Assembly: GCA_964016885.1 (NCBI GenBank)
Contig: OZ024745.1
Coordinates: forward strand, 34,534,001-34,598,000
Length of the DNA stretch: 64,000 bases
Direction of reading: 5' to 3'
Origin: Eledone cirrhosa
Lineage: Eukaryota
The notes beneath the pieces were generated by a model, which ran no database searches, had not been told where the DNA came from, and saw nothing but the letters and a program-made list of their open reading frames with translations. Shown here piece after piece: positions 12,673-27,496 of the stretch (the stretch's first letter is position 1; each line of letters begins with the position of its first letter). Made by a program: the position numbers and the translations under genes.

Positions 12673-12747
<75 letters not shown>

Positions 12748-12750
<3 letters not shown>

Positions 12751-13228
12751 ATAATAATAAATGCGAAGACTAAAATCCAAAGAGGGCTCGATAAGGATAC
12801 ATATATATCAAATATATAAGAAACCTAGAGCAAATAGAATATTAGTCTAATGACTCCATTTATACCATTAACGTGGTTTTGTCTTTGCGTGTAACTGTTC
12901 CCATCGCTCCACATAACGACGTTATAACTTCGCTTTTTTCCCGTTCGTTGCTAGGGAACGTCTTCACGAACAAAAGTATCGTCTTCCTGTCCACCTCCGG
13001 TTGCAACGTTTTTCGAAATATTTACTTCTGCGTTCACAGATTGATTTTTTTTAGTTTCAGAGCATCCCGTTAAGGGTGAAAGCAGCAATTCTTTGCTTAA
13101 ACTTTAATCTGTTATTTTAATATATATATAGTAATAATAATAAATGTGAAGACTAAAATCCAAAGAGGGCTCGATAAGGATAAATATATATCAAATACAT
13201 AAGAACCCTAGAGCAAATATTTATTAAA
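12748..13228 (+). mobile_element. Family-A non-coding copy bracketed by two inverted copies of the ~95-bp family-A 3' tail
   Basis: GAAGACTAAAATCCAAAGAGGGCTCGATAAGG tail at ~12748-12835 and ~13129-13228 (also at 5153-5248). Decayed HHR (CAGAGCA) at 13053-13103. Confidence 0.75.
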
Positions 13229-15956
13229 TAAATAAATAAATATATATATATATATATATACTATAATCAGTTAAAATTTATTCTTTATAACTATCATTAG
13301 AATGTTGCAAATACCGTTTTGAGACATCATAGTCAGCGAGTGGCATGCAGTATTACATTTATCATATTTATACATTTTTTTATCTCGGTCATTTGCCTGA
13401 TCTAAAAGCGTATTATTTACTATTATACATATGCTACTATACGTTCTATAGGATGCTAAACTGTATGTGTTCTCTCTGGTGCAAAGTTGTATATGACTCA
13501 CGAAATCCAATTCGTCAATTGTGCATTATTATGTTTAATATCCATTTGATATAATTAAATATATAGATATCTTAACACTATCTGGTAACCCATGCATATA
13601 TTTCTATACGCAAATACAAAATACGAATAAAAGCAATACATACTTGCTAGATGTATTGTATGAACAGAGATAACGTCAAATTCCTTTAACATATGTATAT
13701 ATATATGATTACGTTATATATGATTACGTTATCTCAACACCTTCCTGCTATATGATTAATAATTTCTATTATTTGAATGTTAATATATATATATATATAT
13801 GTATGTATGTATTTGTGGGGGGATGCGTGCGTGTGTGTGCGTGTGTGCGTGTGTGTTATTTAGTGCGTCTTCTTTTTATTAAACGTTAGAATAAACCTCC
13901 AGCATGTGTAAAATTCCTTTATAAAACCAAAAATAGGAAATTACTTTAATACAAATTTTTCTTTAGCGAAGTTAAAAGAATTAACGAATTTGAATATATC
14001 TTATATAATATATATATATATATATATGATATAAACAATAGCAAAACGAGAACACTGAACATATATGACTGATCTGATAATTATTTTGGTATATTTATGC
14101 AGTAATTGCATACGTTTTAAGGCGACTTTCTCAGCTAAAGTAGGAGCTAACCTTGCAAACCCCCATAGCCAGCATAACCATCTTTTAACATATGATACTT
14201 TTTGAGGTTTACAGTCGGCTACCCTTCCTGGAATCCACACGTTTTAGTTGTTTCCTCTTATGTCACGCAGTAACATTTTTTATCTCTCTATCGGAGGCAA
14301 AATTGCTTATTACGAAATATATCGTAATTCTTTTCCTATTTCAAATTTGAAACTGTGCTACAAATAATCATGTCAAATATGTTCATCTTAATTTTGCAAT
14401 AATTCAGGACTACTATAACCACCCGTTACATAGTCCTGTACTTAGCTTTCATATTTGCAATCTACTATGAAGCGTTTAGTCGTAATCAATTCTATGGCAA
14501 TGATGTAGCAAAAGATGTAATCAAAAACCGAATGTCCTATGATGTATTCCTCTGTCAAATGTTTACGATCACATAAAATAAGCAGGAAATATTTTCTTTC
14601 AACAATCCTACATTGATAAGCCATTAATATGATATCAGGCTGTAGTGAAGTCTTCGTTGAATTTAACGAGATTTTTGTGGTAGTAAAATGCTTTTGTAAA
14701 ATAACAGTCAACGAACCGATTAGCTGACTATTAGTATTTGCAAATATATTATTTAACAGTTGATAATGGGAGTTAGATATGTGATCTTTGTTAAACAAGC
14801 TATTCAAAAATGACATATCAAACAGCTGTTGAATATTTGAAAAACAGTTAAACAGGGGTCAGCAATTCAATTGGAAAGCAGTTTAACGGGTGACTACTAG
14901 TCACATGTAGATAACAGTGTAACATGCATACTGGTAGATTTATACACACATAGTAACACACACACTCAGACACAAACATACACACACACACATACATGTA
15001 CACACATACACATACCCCCCACCATATATATATATATTTAATATTGCTAATTTGTTTGTACCTATAAACGAAAATCATTAGCTAATTTAATCAGAGACAA
15101 ATAATAATATCATTAATCATTATTTTATTAAAACTTAATCCGCCGCTACATTAAAATTAGATTCATCCATTCTCAACGTGACGATATGCTATATTATGTT
15201 CGTCATATATCTGATAAAAAGTTTTTTTCGTTTAAATTAAAACTTTATTTGGGAGATTCAGAATTCGATTGTCTTGATGCTGCAGTTTAAACGATGTATG
15301 GTAGTTTTTTTGTTTTGTTTTTTTATTTGGTTTTTTTTTTGTCACTTAGAAATATTTTTATTTTATTTCTCATATTTCTTTAATTAAAATTTATAGATGT
15401 AATCTTTCTTAAATCATTTTTGCCTTGAGCTATATTCAATAACAAATTCACTTCACATTCCTCTCAAGCATATAAGATGGTCTCATTAAACCCAATGATT
15501 AGACCTAATTTTCTTATATTTAATCTCAGTTCTCTCCCAAAATACTGATAAGATTATTTTTAATTTAAAACCAAATTCAAGCAGTTTTGAAATTAATTTC
15601 TTTCGCCAAAGAAGAACAGACGAAAAACAACAAAAATACAAGTAACAGCTATTTACTATCTTAGTAATATAGAACAAACTTAAGATATCTGAAAGTCCCG
15701 TTTATAAATGTGCTTCTATGTAATTAATAAAAAGAATAACTGTAAGAGTAAACTATACATTTTTTATAGATTGAACAGAAGTGAAGGTATTACAAGGGTG
15801 GGCAAATAGTTACTTAGCTAAAGTCATTCCTCCATCTCCTGACATATAGATAAATATATTAACATACAAGTGGACTGACTGTCAGGTGGAAATAAACAAT
15901 ACCTGCCTCGAAGCGGAATCTGTATATATGTGAATGTATGTACACACATACATATG

Positions 15957-15996
15957 TACTTTTGAGAAACATAAGAACTGTGAAACCTGTTAAGGA
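15957..15996 (+). ncRNA. Diverged U3-A8 hammerhead (family C)
   Basis: UACUU-UUGAGAA-ACA(UAAGAAC)UGU-GAAA-CCUG-UU-AAGGA. The downstream tail matches the reverse complement of 8729-8860. Confidence 0.6.
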
Positions 15997-16119
15997 ATTA
16001 AATAAATATTCTTAAAAAGACTCCAGTTGCATTTTCGATTTCTTTTCCTTATACTTTCACCCGTGTAGGTCATCTCGTTTTTTTTACTAAAAAAAAAACT
16101 AATTTTCTTATATATATAT

Positions 16120-16300
16120 AGGAAAATATTTGACCCCGATGGCAGAGCTCAAGCCATTTCGACTGCTATTTCCAGAAATAGCCGTCGAAACGGCTTGAGC
16201 TCTGCCGTCGGGGTCAAACATTTTCCTTTACCCACTCTACTACCCTAAGTATTGAGAACGTTATGGTCCACCTGGTTCCTTACCACACCTCCTTCGTTAT
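16120..16300 (+). mobile_element. Hairpin mini-element (family D) with the 3' half of a hammerhead, nested in a family-C (TA)n tract
   Basis: ~52-bp inverted arms across 16120-16227. The 3' arm has GAAA-CGGC(loop)GCCG-UC-GGGG. An inverted family-C tail resumes at ~16306. Confidence 0.7.
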
Positions 16301-16365
16301 ATATATAAGAAAATTAGGTTTTTTGTAATGCATTGCTTTCTTTGTTGATTCCATTTATTTTTTGC

Positions 16366-16425
<60 letters not shown>

Positions 16426-19400
16426 ATATTGTGTGTGTCAGAGAGTTTCCTCTTTTCAAACATCGTTGAACAAAAGTAATGAAAAACAATGAAATCGTTG
16501 GAGATTAAAAATAAATGAAGTGAGAAACGTTTCTCTTTACTTTATTAATATCTACGTTTTTGTTTATTGAGGAATTGGTGGAAAAATTCTGAAATAATTA
16601 TAATAATAATTACAATAATGATTTTTCTTTAATACCAATGTCATGAGATATTTATCAGTATAGATATATATTTCTCCTAAGTTGGAATTTCATCATTGTT
16701 CCTATCTATTTCTTCTCTCCCTTATATACCACATTATCCTCGTCATTGTCACATTTAATATATGTTTATTTCATTTTAGTAGAATGTTGCTATTGACTTT
16801 TTTTCATCCAAGATTTTTTACTCGAGATCATCTTTGCTTTTCACCCTTTGGAGGTCGATAAAAAGTACCGGTCTAGTGCTATATCTCTTTCTCACTTTCC
16901 TTCCTTCTCTGGATGACATCTGTTGTAGTAGGCCTGAAGAGAGATGGGCTCTGCCAAACTTGAAATGCCCTAGAAACACCGTCTGGAGTTACGGGACTAT
17001 ACCATAGTTATACCATACACCATAACCTTACTATTGAATGGCAATGTTTCTGATTTTCAAAAATGTTTGAATTTAATCAAGAATTTGGGGGGATTTAGTA
17101 ATATAACTCACTTTCCGATTATTAATCTGTTGTTTGGGCATATATCTTAACACTTTCATTATAGTTCTTAATAAATATAAATTCTTAGGATTTTCAAATA
17201 ACATAAAAAAATAATGAAGAATATGGAGTGATTTAGTAATATAACTACATTTCTCATTTTTAAGCTGATATCTGGGGTTTAACATAAAGTTCTTACATAA
17301 ACTTATGAAAAGGTATTGTGAGATTAATATGTATGTATGGACCCGTGACTCCTGTTGGAATCGTAGGCTTGCCATAATGAAGCGTTTCTATGGCATTTTA
17401 AACCCGGCGGAGACCATCTCCTCTACAAGTATGACTACAGCATATTTCTTCCAGGGAAAGATAGAGAGTGAGAGAAAGGAAGTGAGAAAGGGATATAGAG
17501 GAAGAATTGACCAAAGTACTAGGCTGGTACTTTTTTATCGACGTCGAATTGGTGAAAGGCAAAGTTGACCTCGCGGGATTTGAACTCAGAGAGAAGAGAG
17601 CCGGAACATATACTGCAAAGCAGTCGATCCGACTTTCTCACGTCCAATTCACCACCCGTATCAATATAAACAGCTTTATATCGTAGATCTATGAGCGTTA
17701 TTAGGCCGTCTGGTATGAAAAGGATTGAAAAATATAGGGTTAAATAATACTAATTATAAAATAAATGGGAGTTATTATTTTTGTTATATGTGTGGATTGA
17801 AGTTTGAGACTAGAACACAAGAATTATATTGTTCATGTGAAGTAGCTACACCCAGATTGTCTAATGAACATCTTATTCGTTGCTTACATTGGAGACACAC
17901 ATTTGAAAGAGCAAATAGAAACATACCTGTTGTTGGAACCCAAAACACATATATAGATACGGTTTTGACAATATGCATTCAGTTGTTCCATGAAGTAAAA
18001 GTTCAGCTTCTGAATTAACGTGTAAATGGTTGTGTATTTCAAAGTGAGGTGTACTCTTATCCCAAGCTTAATTTCCAAGCCGATCAGCATGAGGCACTGT
18101 GACAAAGTTGGACCTTTCAATTATAGGTACAATCCATCAAACTGGCTTTCTGACAGGATGTCATGTAGGCAAATCTAACCCAAGTACTCATGTTTGCAAA
18201 GTGAATTTCTTAACCATTCAGCTATGCCCGCCACACACGTGTCAGTCTATTGAAATCTTTATAGTTACATCATAGGATCATTCTTTGCTAATGAATTTTA
18301 ATTTCTCTGATAGACTAAATAGGTTAAATGTTCTGTATGATATGTATGCTTATATTTAGCAGGAAGCAACATTTTAGTGACTATTCTTTGAAAATTGATT
18401 TATAAATCAGCAGTAATGCATTCACACCAGCTTATAGTTGTAATTGCATTTTCTAAAGATTTCAGGTGATATGTGTTCTTACTTCAGTTAAATTCATTTC
18501 GTATTAGCCACCGTCAGATGGTTGAACTAAAACCATCTAGCAGGCACAACTAACCGAAACGTCACCTATTACAAGAGGCGAGATTTGAACTCAGAAGGCA
18601 CAAGAAACACGCAAGCAGTTTCGTGAACACGGTCGCGAAATACCTTAACCATTTATAGAATTCATATACATTGTTTGAAACCACTAAATGGAATTATACA
18701 TGTATAAATAATTGTTACGAGATTTCCGAATGATTCATTCGTTTTCGCATTTAGAGAATGGTTCTTAAAGCAGGTGTAGCTTAGATAGTAGATTTAAACG
18801 CATAACGTCTCGAACGATTGTAATAAGTTATATTGTTACACAACCGGAAATTGATGAAAGAGTTTTAATTTATTGTATGACATAGTCAATATTTCATGTT
18901 CCTTATGCGATTTCATTACATTAAGCTTATGCATACACTTAGTAATGCCAAGGTGTCGCGACTCTTGCCATTCAAATGGACGTGATTGTTGTCATGATAA
19001 GGAGGAGATTTCGTGCATATACCACTGCTGGTCTTCCACGAAAAAGGGTAGCACCTAAGATAGATAGATTCTATCAAGCCATCTATCACGCAGTCTCTGT
19101 CGACTCAGTTTCGTTCCCCGCTTTGTCAACCAATTGGCCTTGTTAGCCAGGAAGTAACTTACCCATTGTTTTGCACGATGAAATGAACCTGTAATATTTT
19201 ATTACGAAACAAGCTGCTCAACTCTGCTGTCATGTTTAAGTGTGTAAAGATGAGGCGAGAAAGCCTTTAAGAATTGATAAGAATTGTCATAATTTGTCAC
19301 CGGATGATAATCAATGCGATAAGGCGTTGATGAAATGTTGTTATATTGTGTGTTATTATATTATGTAGTTTTATGTTATGATTTCTTCAGAGTCATAATC

Positions 19401-20089
19401 GTTGATGTTATTATTGTTTTCATGTTTTCGTTCCTTCATCTGTCTTCATCAGCGGCCATATCATTAACATCTCAATGTTTTATTCCATAATTATACTGAA
19501 ACCTTCCATGTTTATCATGCCATATAAATGACAAACCATAAATTACAAAATAACTGTGTGGGAAGTGTATTTCAATGAGAGCTCTTTTGATATTTTAAAC
19601 ATGTTTGTTTCTTTTCTTTGTAATAGTTACCTCCGAAAGTTATGTTGTTTAATTTCTAACACAACGGCGTTGTTCAACGATGCTGAATAGTTTTCTTTAA
19701 TTTTCTATCATGTAGGAAAAATTCTAAAGGGGAAGCATTTCATATGTTGTTATGGAAGATGCTTCGTCTCTAAAGCTTCATCAATGATCGATAACAATAG
19801 GAATGATGGTACAATGCAAGGAAGATGAAGAGTTGGCAGATAAAAATATTAAAATTGTAATGTAGGGCAAGGAAGAATAACAAAGGAAGGAGGAAAGAAA
19901 AGCAAGATATACTCCTTGGTAGATGTTACTTGCTAATTAATAGCTACCGTTAATAATTATATACCTATGTTTGGATTTGTAAACACAGGGAAAGATTGCT
20001 CAATACCAAAGTAGAGTATAATATATATTTTTTATTCTATTACTGATATTACTCTCGGTTGCTACCTCGAGGTTCGCGTTTGCTCACTT

Positions 20090-20490
20090 GATCACTGCCC
20101 ACGCCACACCACTACAACTCATGGTACACTACAAACACACCACTGCAATCAATGGTACACTACACACCACTGCAGTTAATCTTACACTACACACCCGTGT
20201 AACTAATGGACCACTACACACCAGTATAAACAGTGGTGCACTATACACAACTACAATGCATAGCACACTACACAGTACTTCAACACATGGTTCACAACAC
20301 ACACCACAACAACCCATAGTTCATTACACACCACTACAATCAATGGTTCAATACACACCACTACTTGTGTTGGTTCAGTGCACACACCACTGCATAAACA
20401 ATTACTTCACTGTACACATCCTAACAATGGATGATACATTGTAGCTCACTATAACAAGTAACTCACTGATACTCACTATAACCAATGTTT
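20090..20490. repeat. Degenerate ~27-bp minisatellite
   Basis: Units like ACACCACTGCAATCAATGGTACACTAC. This explains the repetitive ORFs 20088-20444 and 20129-20317. Confidence 0.8.
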
Positions 20491-20580
20491 CTCTATATTA
20501 TAAACAAATAATAATCGTAAAAGAGTTGTTATTGCCCTAATTATTTCTAAAGAAAACGGGGAAATTATAACTCCAAATTA

Positions 20581-20754
20581 ATAATTGTTTCTACTTTTGG
20601 CACAAGGCCAGCAATTATCCAGTGCATTACTTTATTTTATCGACCCCGTAAGGATGAAAGGCAAAGTCAACCTCGGCGGGATTTGAACTCAGATCGTAAA
20701 GGGACATAACTATGCTGGAAAGCATGGCGTCCGACTCTCTACCGATACTGCCAA
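20581..20754 (-). mobile_element. tRNA-derived SINE (major family)
   Basis: B-box GAGTTCAAATCCC and core CTTTGCCTTTCATCCTTACGGGGTCGATAAAATAAAGTA shared with many copies. Confidence 0.85.
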
Positions 20755-22419
20755 TAATGTTCCACAATTGATTGTATTACAGTTTTATAACAAAGTTAAT
20801 AAAATGTATGCCAGAAGTGGCGAGCAGCAGATGGCATCAGTAATGGAAAAATAATTGGAAACAATTTCTTTTGACCTTTTCTCTTTAATATAATCAATTC
20901 ATTGGCCAATTAATTTTACCTTATATGAATTGTTTTGTCTACATTCAAATATGAAACAGGTTTTATCAAAATTATTCACCGAAAATAGCGGTTATGAGGA
21001 TGATGGTATTCATTTTCTCTTGGATATAATTATAAAATAAAACACATTAGAATTTGAACTCCATATAAATTATCGTTTGATAATTGGTTAAAATATAAAG
21101 GGTCCTTACTTCTTGGTGGAATCTTGCGGTCACTGTCCTCAAACACGCCTTGTCTTGGGCATTTAAACGTGGAGAAGCCCATCTCTATTCAGGTCAGAAC
21201 ATAAATAATTGCGTATAGAGAAAGGAAGTGAGAAAACGGGAATAATCAACACTAGTACTGACCTGGCATTTTATTTATCGACCTCGAAAGGAAGAAAAGC
21301 AATGTTGCCCTTAGCGGTATTTGAAATAAAAGCGTACAGAGCCAGAAGAAATGATGTAAAGTATTTAATTTGATGCTTTAATGATTCTTCCAAATCTCCG
21401 ACTAAACCAAAGTTTGATAATATACCACATTTGAACTCACAGCACAATGAGTTGGAACAAAAAAACAATAACGAGACATTTTTAATCCGACGTCCTTTGA
21501 CGCTGCCAAATTGTCGCCTTGATTGTTCATTAAATTAATGCATTTCTAAGTAAAGTATGGTTGCAATTATGGCATGTATATATTATATAGAGGTTGCAGA
21601 GGGCTGCTATGTTTGTAGATTAACATTAACACTTGGTTCATGAGTGCTTTTTCGCAGATTCCAACCTGTTTCTAACAGCAACTTAAATTACGAGGAAAAA
21701 GAATGTAGTCGAAGTGAGTTTGACCTTTGGCACACCATAGTCTAACAATTGCTGACAGATATGAAATGAACTATAAAGAATATTATAAAGACAGTAGTGA
21801 ATGGAAACTGAACGGTTTGATAACTTAGAAGAACGCATGAAGAAAATACAAAGGGATGCATGCTCCATAAAAGATAAATAGTTCATAAAAACGTAATGCA
21901 TTAAGCTGAGAAATATCAATTCATTACATGACAATCTTTGCAAATATAAAGTCTCTTTATAGCTGTTCTATGACACGTTCTATAATAAATGACAAACTGT
22001 GTCTATTGCAATATGTTCTATATTTTAACATTTCAATAGGAGGATCTTCACCAAGACCAAAGGTCTTGTTTTTTCTGTTGTAAGTTACTGATATTTTGTT
22101 AGAAAACATTAAACGATTTAATGCTTTATCTTGCTCTCTTTATAGCATCTATCTATGTGGATGTTTAGCTTACAAGTAAGGTAGGCTCTGATCATGTAAA
22201 GCCCATAACTAGAGTCATTCAATCCATGACTGTGCGTTCTTTTACTCTGAGAATGTCATTAGGACCGCATTAATCATACGTCATTATTTTCTTTTTTGAA
22301 GACCACGATGTTTGATGTCTGATTACAATCGAAATATATGAGGTCTGATATATATATATATATATCTTTGTATTTCATACTGGTTTGACCCCTTAGCGAT
22401 CTCGGATAGCACTAATTTC

Positions 22420-23475
22420 AATATTATGATAGCGGACCAAGTACGAGTGATTAAAAATGTGTCCCACATGTGCGATCGAAGAGAGTTAGAGGCACACATG
22501 CAACAGTTCGTCCCCTGCATGCAGTTCCCTGGATACAGTCAATGATAAGTATGTACAAATACGGGAGCAAATCATGAAGTAGTATAGAAAGGATGTAGAA
22601 GAAGATAGGGAAGTCCAAATGGTATGACAATCAAAAATACCGAAGTGTTATGTTAATCGACGCTACTTCTTCGTATTGATTTAGGAGAGTCTAAAGAAAA
22701 TCGGAACCTAAGAATTAGCGTGGTAGAAAACCCAGGCCATCCCCATTTAAGAAATCCACCGGTAGTGATAATAACTATATATTGTGTAAGGTAAGCCCGT
22801 AGGTCAACTGCAAATCTAGGAAAGCAGTCTATAAGATACCTTGTACATAGGGGTCGATGGAGAAACATGACAACGACATATACAAGTGAGACTGCCAGTA
22901 GCATAGAAGAGAGGTTGAAAAAACACTGGCGAGAATTCAAAATGGAGAAACGATTATCAGTGTTATACCAACATGCTGAAGTAGAATATGGGGTCTCAAT
23001 AGATAACATTAGAGTAAAGATCTAATCCACATATAGAACCAACAGAACGCACAGACGAATTAAGTAAGCCACGCCTAAAATAGAGAGTAAACACGAATGG
23101 AATAGTAACCCCGCCACCATACAACCTTACGACTGGGGACAAAATAGGACACAAGGAAAAAACATTGGAAGACACAAATAGAGAAATGCACAAACCCAGA
23201 TGCCGACACATAGACACACACACAAACAGGCGCAGAGGCAAATGCATGCACCAGCAGAGAAATGTACCACAGAAATACAAACCGAGGAAACAAAATATGA
23301 GCAGAAAAAAAGGTGGTATACAGGAAACACATAGCAATTGAAGAGGTCACAGAATGTGCGACGAAAGAACTTCGACGAAATTACTAATAACTAACGATAA
23401 AGCTGAACTGAAAATCAAAGTGTGTGTGTTTTTATCGCAAATATTGGCAACATGACCACCCTCAAATAAAACTAT
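22420..23475 (+). mobile_element. Degenerate Neptune-like PLE 3' fragment (GIY-YIG) with decayed HHR
   Basis: Across frames: KYRSVMLIDAT..LRISVVENPG..VNCKSRKAVYKIPC..YTSETASSIEERLKKHWREF..SVLYQHA. HHR remnant at 23334-23376. The 3' end is homologous to 62560-62775. Clade assignment is from motif memory. Confidence 0.7.
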
Positions 23476-23499
23476 ATATATATATATAATGTATAATAA

Positions 23500-23813
23500 A
23501 CAATATAATATAATTACCTCATTACCAGAGGTTTCCCGAATAAGACAAATACAAGAAACGTCCGCATTCGTTCGCATTCAATTTTCAACGGAAACTTCAA
23601 TACTTTTCCGGCGTTATTAATATTAATTCAAAATATTAACAAAATAGATATTCTTGTGAGCAAGTATATTTTATTATACATATTTCAGAGGTACTGAGTT
23701 AACTTCGACAGTAAGTCCTCATCAGATAAAATAAGATGATGCATGACATACCCCTGACATAGTAGATGGTTAAGATTCAGTCATAAGAATAACTATTTTG
23801 TTAATATTTTGAA

Positions 23814-23820
<7 letters not shown>
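23500..23820 (-). mobile_element. HHR mini-element with 40-bp inverted duplication
   Basis: 23620-23659 is inverted at 23781-23820 (2 mismatches), enclosing an HHR. Abuts (TA)n. Confidence 0.7.
23667..23733 (-). ncRNA. Type-I hammerhead ribozyme
   Basis: UAUUUUAU-CUGAUGA-GGACUUACUG..CAGUACCUCU-GAAA-UAUGUA-UA-AUAAAAUA. Perfect 8-bp stem I. Confidence 0.82.
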
Positions 23821-23855
<35 letters not shown>

Positions 23856-24201
23856 TGTACTTATTCATATACATTAGGTATTTATATTATTCCATAGCTT
23901 TGGGTACTAGTTATATATATATCTAAATATAATATATACCCTGATAAAACTTATACACGGATAAATTGCTATACCATCATCTTCTCCCTATACACAAATG
24001 TACTTACAGACGCCCACATAGATATACATGCAAACAACACCACAGACACGCGCATATTCATACAAACACATAAACACACAGACACACAGACACAGACATG
24101 TGTGGCCATAAATACTAAATATGGCTTAATTCTCTTTGAACTAATTTTACAACCAGGTATATTTTTATCGGTTAATTTGCACCTTAGAAATGCAGATGAT
24201 A

Positions 24202-24390
24202 AATAATTGTTTCTACTTTTGGCACAAGGCCAGCAATTATCCAGTACATTACTGGTACTTTATTTTATCGACACCGTAAGGATGAATGCCAAAGTTAACC
24301 TCGGCGCGATTTGAACTCAGAATGGCAAGGGGCGTAACTCTATACGTCAAAGCATAGTGTCCGACCCTCTACCGATACTGCCAATCCACC
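24202..24390 (-). mobile_element. tRNA-derived SINE with 16-bp target-site duplication
   Basis: GCAGATGATAAATAAT at 24192-24207 and 24391-24406. Older copies follow at ~24410-24600. Confidence 0.88.
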
Positions 24391-25594
24391 GCAGATGATA
24401 AATAATGTTTTCTGATTTGGGGGAGGGAAAAATCGATTAAATCGACCCCAGTGCGTTACAAGTCCTTTATTTTATTGAACCGATAAGGAATAAAAAAGAA
24501 AATAGTCTCAGTTTGGATTTGAACTCAAGACGTAAAGGGCTGTAACTCTATGATGTAGTGCATGTTTTCTAACACTCTACCAATTCTGTCAATCCACCAC
24601 CTTTCATAATTGTTTCTACATTTGGCACAAGAACAGAAATTGCAAGAGGAGTGGAAATCAATATCAGCTACTTTATTTTATGAACCTCTGCGGGATTCGA
24701 ACTCAGAGCGAGGTGTACCAGAATGAATCCAACGTTCTAATGATTTTGACAATTAATAATGATGCTCAATATAGTGGTGGTGGTGATGATAATGATGAGA
24801 ATATAATGAAAAGTAAAATGAACCAATTACATGTTTTATTTTTTCCTTTTAGCTTTACGTTGATCAAGAAGAACATTCTAAAAATATAACTAATTGCTAG
24901 CGAACAAATGCTATTGTTTTCATCAGTTGATTCTCATGGAAATTCAAATTTCCGGACGATGAAGAAAAAATGTTTTGTTTTTTGGTTTTTTTTTCTTTAT
25001 TTGTTGTTTTTTCTTTAATTTTATGTTTTACTTTGTGCTTCGGTTTTATTTTCTCTGTTTGTTTTTTTATATTGTTTGTTCTTCGAGAAAAGAAAAATGC
25101 AGTTAAACTACAAACAAACATCTAATTAATGTTGAATATGTGCAAAACAGAATTTGATTAACACCAACCAGTATTGCTATTACTACTAGAATAAGGAGAC
25201 AAATTGCCAGAGTCGTTAGAGGTTCGAATTAAATACGTTGGCTATTTACGTTCTGGGATCAAATCACAAAGATGTCATCTTTTTCTTTTCTTCCTTTAAT
25301 TTTCGATAAGTAAAGTACCTTTCTACAGGTTTCTTGATTGGAGGAATTGTGAACGAATTGGACGTGATACCTTGCGGCATTTGTTCCGGCTCTGCATATT
25401 CTGAGTTCGAATCCTGCGATTTATCACCGGAATGATAATATCAATAATCTCGCATTTATGCATATTTCTGAACATAACTACAATATCGGTTCTGCTATCT
25501 TCAAGTCGATTTAGATACTGAAGTCCCAGGGGACACTTTCTGGACACACTGCTCTGGCATACGCTGTTTCCTGTCTTCGGAAGCCTAATAACCA

Positions 25595-25800
25595 GGGCAG
25601 TGGATTGTCAGGATCGGTAGTGCGTTGGCAATATGCTTAAGCACAAAGTTGTGTCCCTTCATGTTCAATCCCACCAAGGTTAGTTTTGCCTTTCATACTT
25701 ACGGCGTTGATAAAATAAAGTACCCCTCACGCACAGGGGTCGATTTAATCGAATTTCTCCTCCCCAAAAAATGCTGGCCTTATGTCTAACTCAGAAACCA
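25595..25800 (+). mobile_element. tRNA-derived SINE (major family, diverged)
   Basis: GGCAGTGGATTG head and TTTGCCTTTCAT..GATAAAATAAAGTACC core. Confidence 0.75.
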
Positions 25801-25928
25801 GTCTTATTGTTATTTAGTTTGTTCAGCGATAATATTGGTAATTTTGCCGGTTTTGCTTACTGAACATCCAGTTTCTGTCTGCATCTTTATTTCACACACA
25901 CACACGCTCACGCACGCACACACACACG

Positions 25929-26069
<141 letters not shown>

Positions 26070-26158
26070 AGAGAGAGAAAGAGATTGGAATTCACCACCA
26101 ATCGAAACATGCTCAGCTGTCGGGTAGTAACTCATTGCAATATATATATATATATATA

Positions 26159-26210
<52 letters not shown>

Positions 26211-27296
26211 GAACACTTGCTATATATTCAAAGTATAAATAGTATAATTTATAGCACGTATCTACAATATAATACGTCGTTGATATAGTATATAGATATT
26301 GGCATAGTGAAATCTGGAACTCTTATGACTGGTAATGGCAGTCTTTGTATGAATTACGTAACGAGTTTAGGAAAGTTTTGTTTATTTTCAGTGCTGCTTT
26401 TGAATCTCTCTCGACATTTTAAAGCGATCTTACGGGCAGTTATATGTTTTCTCGAATAATTCCATTGTTATTTTTACATTGAAACATGTATATATTTTTT
26501 TAGTTTTTACATTTATTCCAAGAAACATACATATCTCTGTTATGGCAATATCTGACATTGTTTTTATGACGACTGAATATGTAAGATTCCCACTATGCGA
26601 ACATTAGTTTATGCAATTTTCAATGGCCAAATGTAGCTCACTATCATCATTAAATAACTTGAGATTTTTCTGTTTTCTCGTATTTTTCTTACATAAAGTT
26701 TCAAATCGATAATATATTGCACGTACCTGACAAATATATATCTGAAACAGCATCAAACTGCAATGATAATCAATTTTGAAGAAAGTGGAATGGAAACCAA
26801 GTAATGTATTGACTGTTATTAGGAGTTAGATGGGTAAAATGCCAGAATTTATATGGAATTTTCTAACTTTAGGTATTTGTTGTGTACCTCCAGAAAAGCC
26901 TCGTTTAGCTTTTTTTTAAAGATATTAGAAACTTTTAATTTTATTTCGAAAAGTTTAAAGTTTAAATGTATCTTAAAAGCACATGCTTTCTACTGTCTAT
27001 CTTCAGAAATAGAACAGACAGCAGAATGGGTGTGCTTTTCCAAATCTATTGGTATGGAGTTGTAAACTTGCCTTCGGTTGGTCTGAAATAATTGTAATTC
27101 AATGGATTAATTAACTACTCCACTATGTATTTATTCTTTCATTGTTTGATATTGTATATCCGACTTAGCTTTTGAATCTCAATGACATATATCATCCTTC
27201 TACAAAAATAGATTTTATTTTGTTTCTAAGGGATATTCATAACTACACTACAACGACTACTAAAATGAACATATATTCTGACTATCTGTCCCTCTC

Positions 27297-27372
<76 letters not shown>

Positions 27373-27440
27373 GCCCTCTCTTTCTCTTTCTCTCTGTCTC
27401 TCTCTCTCTCTTTCTTCCTCTCTCTCTCTCTCTTTCTTTC

Positions 27441-27496
<56 letters not shown>

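Noticed and set aside
20090-20490. Tandem repeat as CRISPR array or repeat protein
   Set aside because: Contiguous degenerate units without unique spacers, in eukaryotic context with no cas genes.
26330-26770. Possible R4/Dong LINE C-terminal relic
   Set aside because: Similarity is too decayed to support by eye.
26853-26876. MEFSNFR followed by AG|GT as the upstream HCN exon end
   Set aside because: Lacks the IHP motif and has an in-frame stop just upstream, so it is a chance match.
26972-27010. Minus-strand CUGAAGA..GAAA-GCAUGUGC-UU
   Set aside because: No stem I pairing, only a 2-bp stem II, and no element context.
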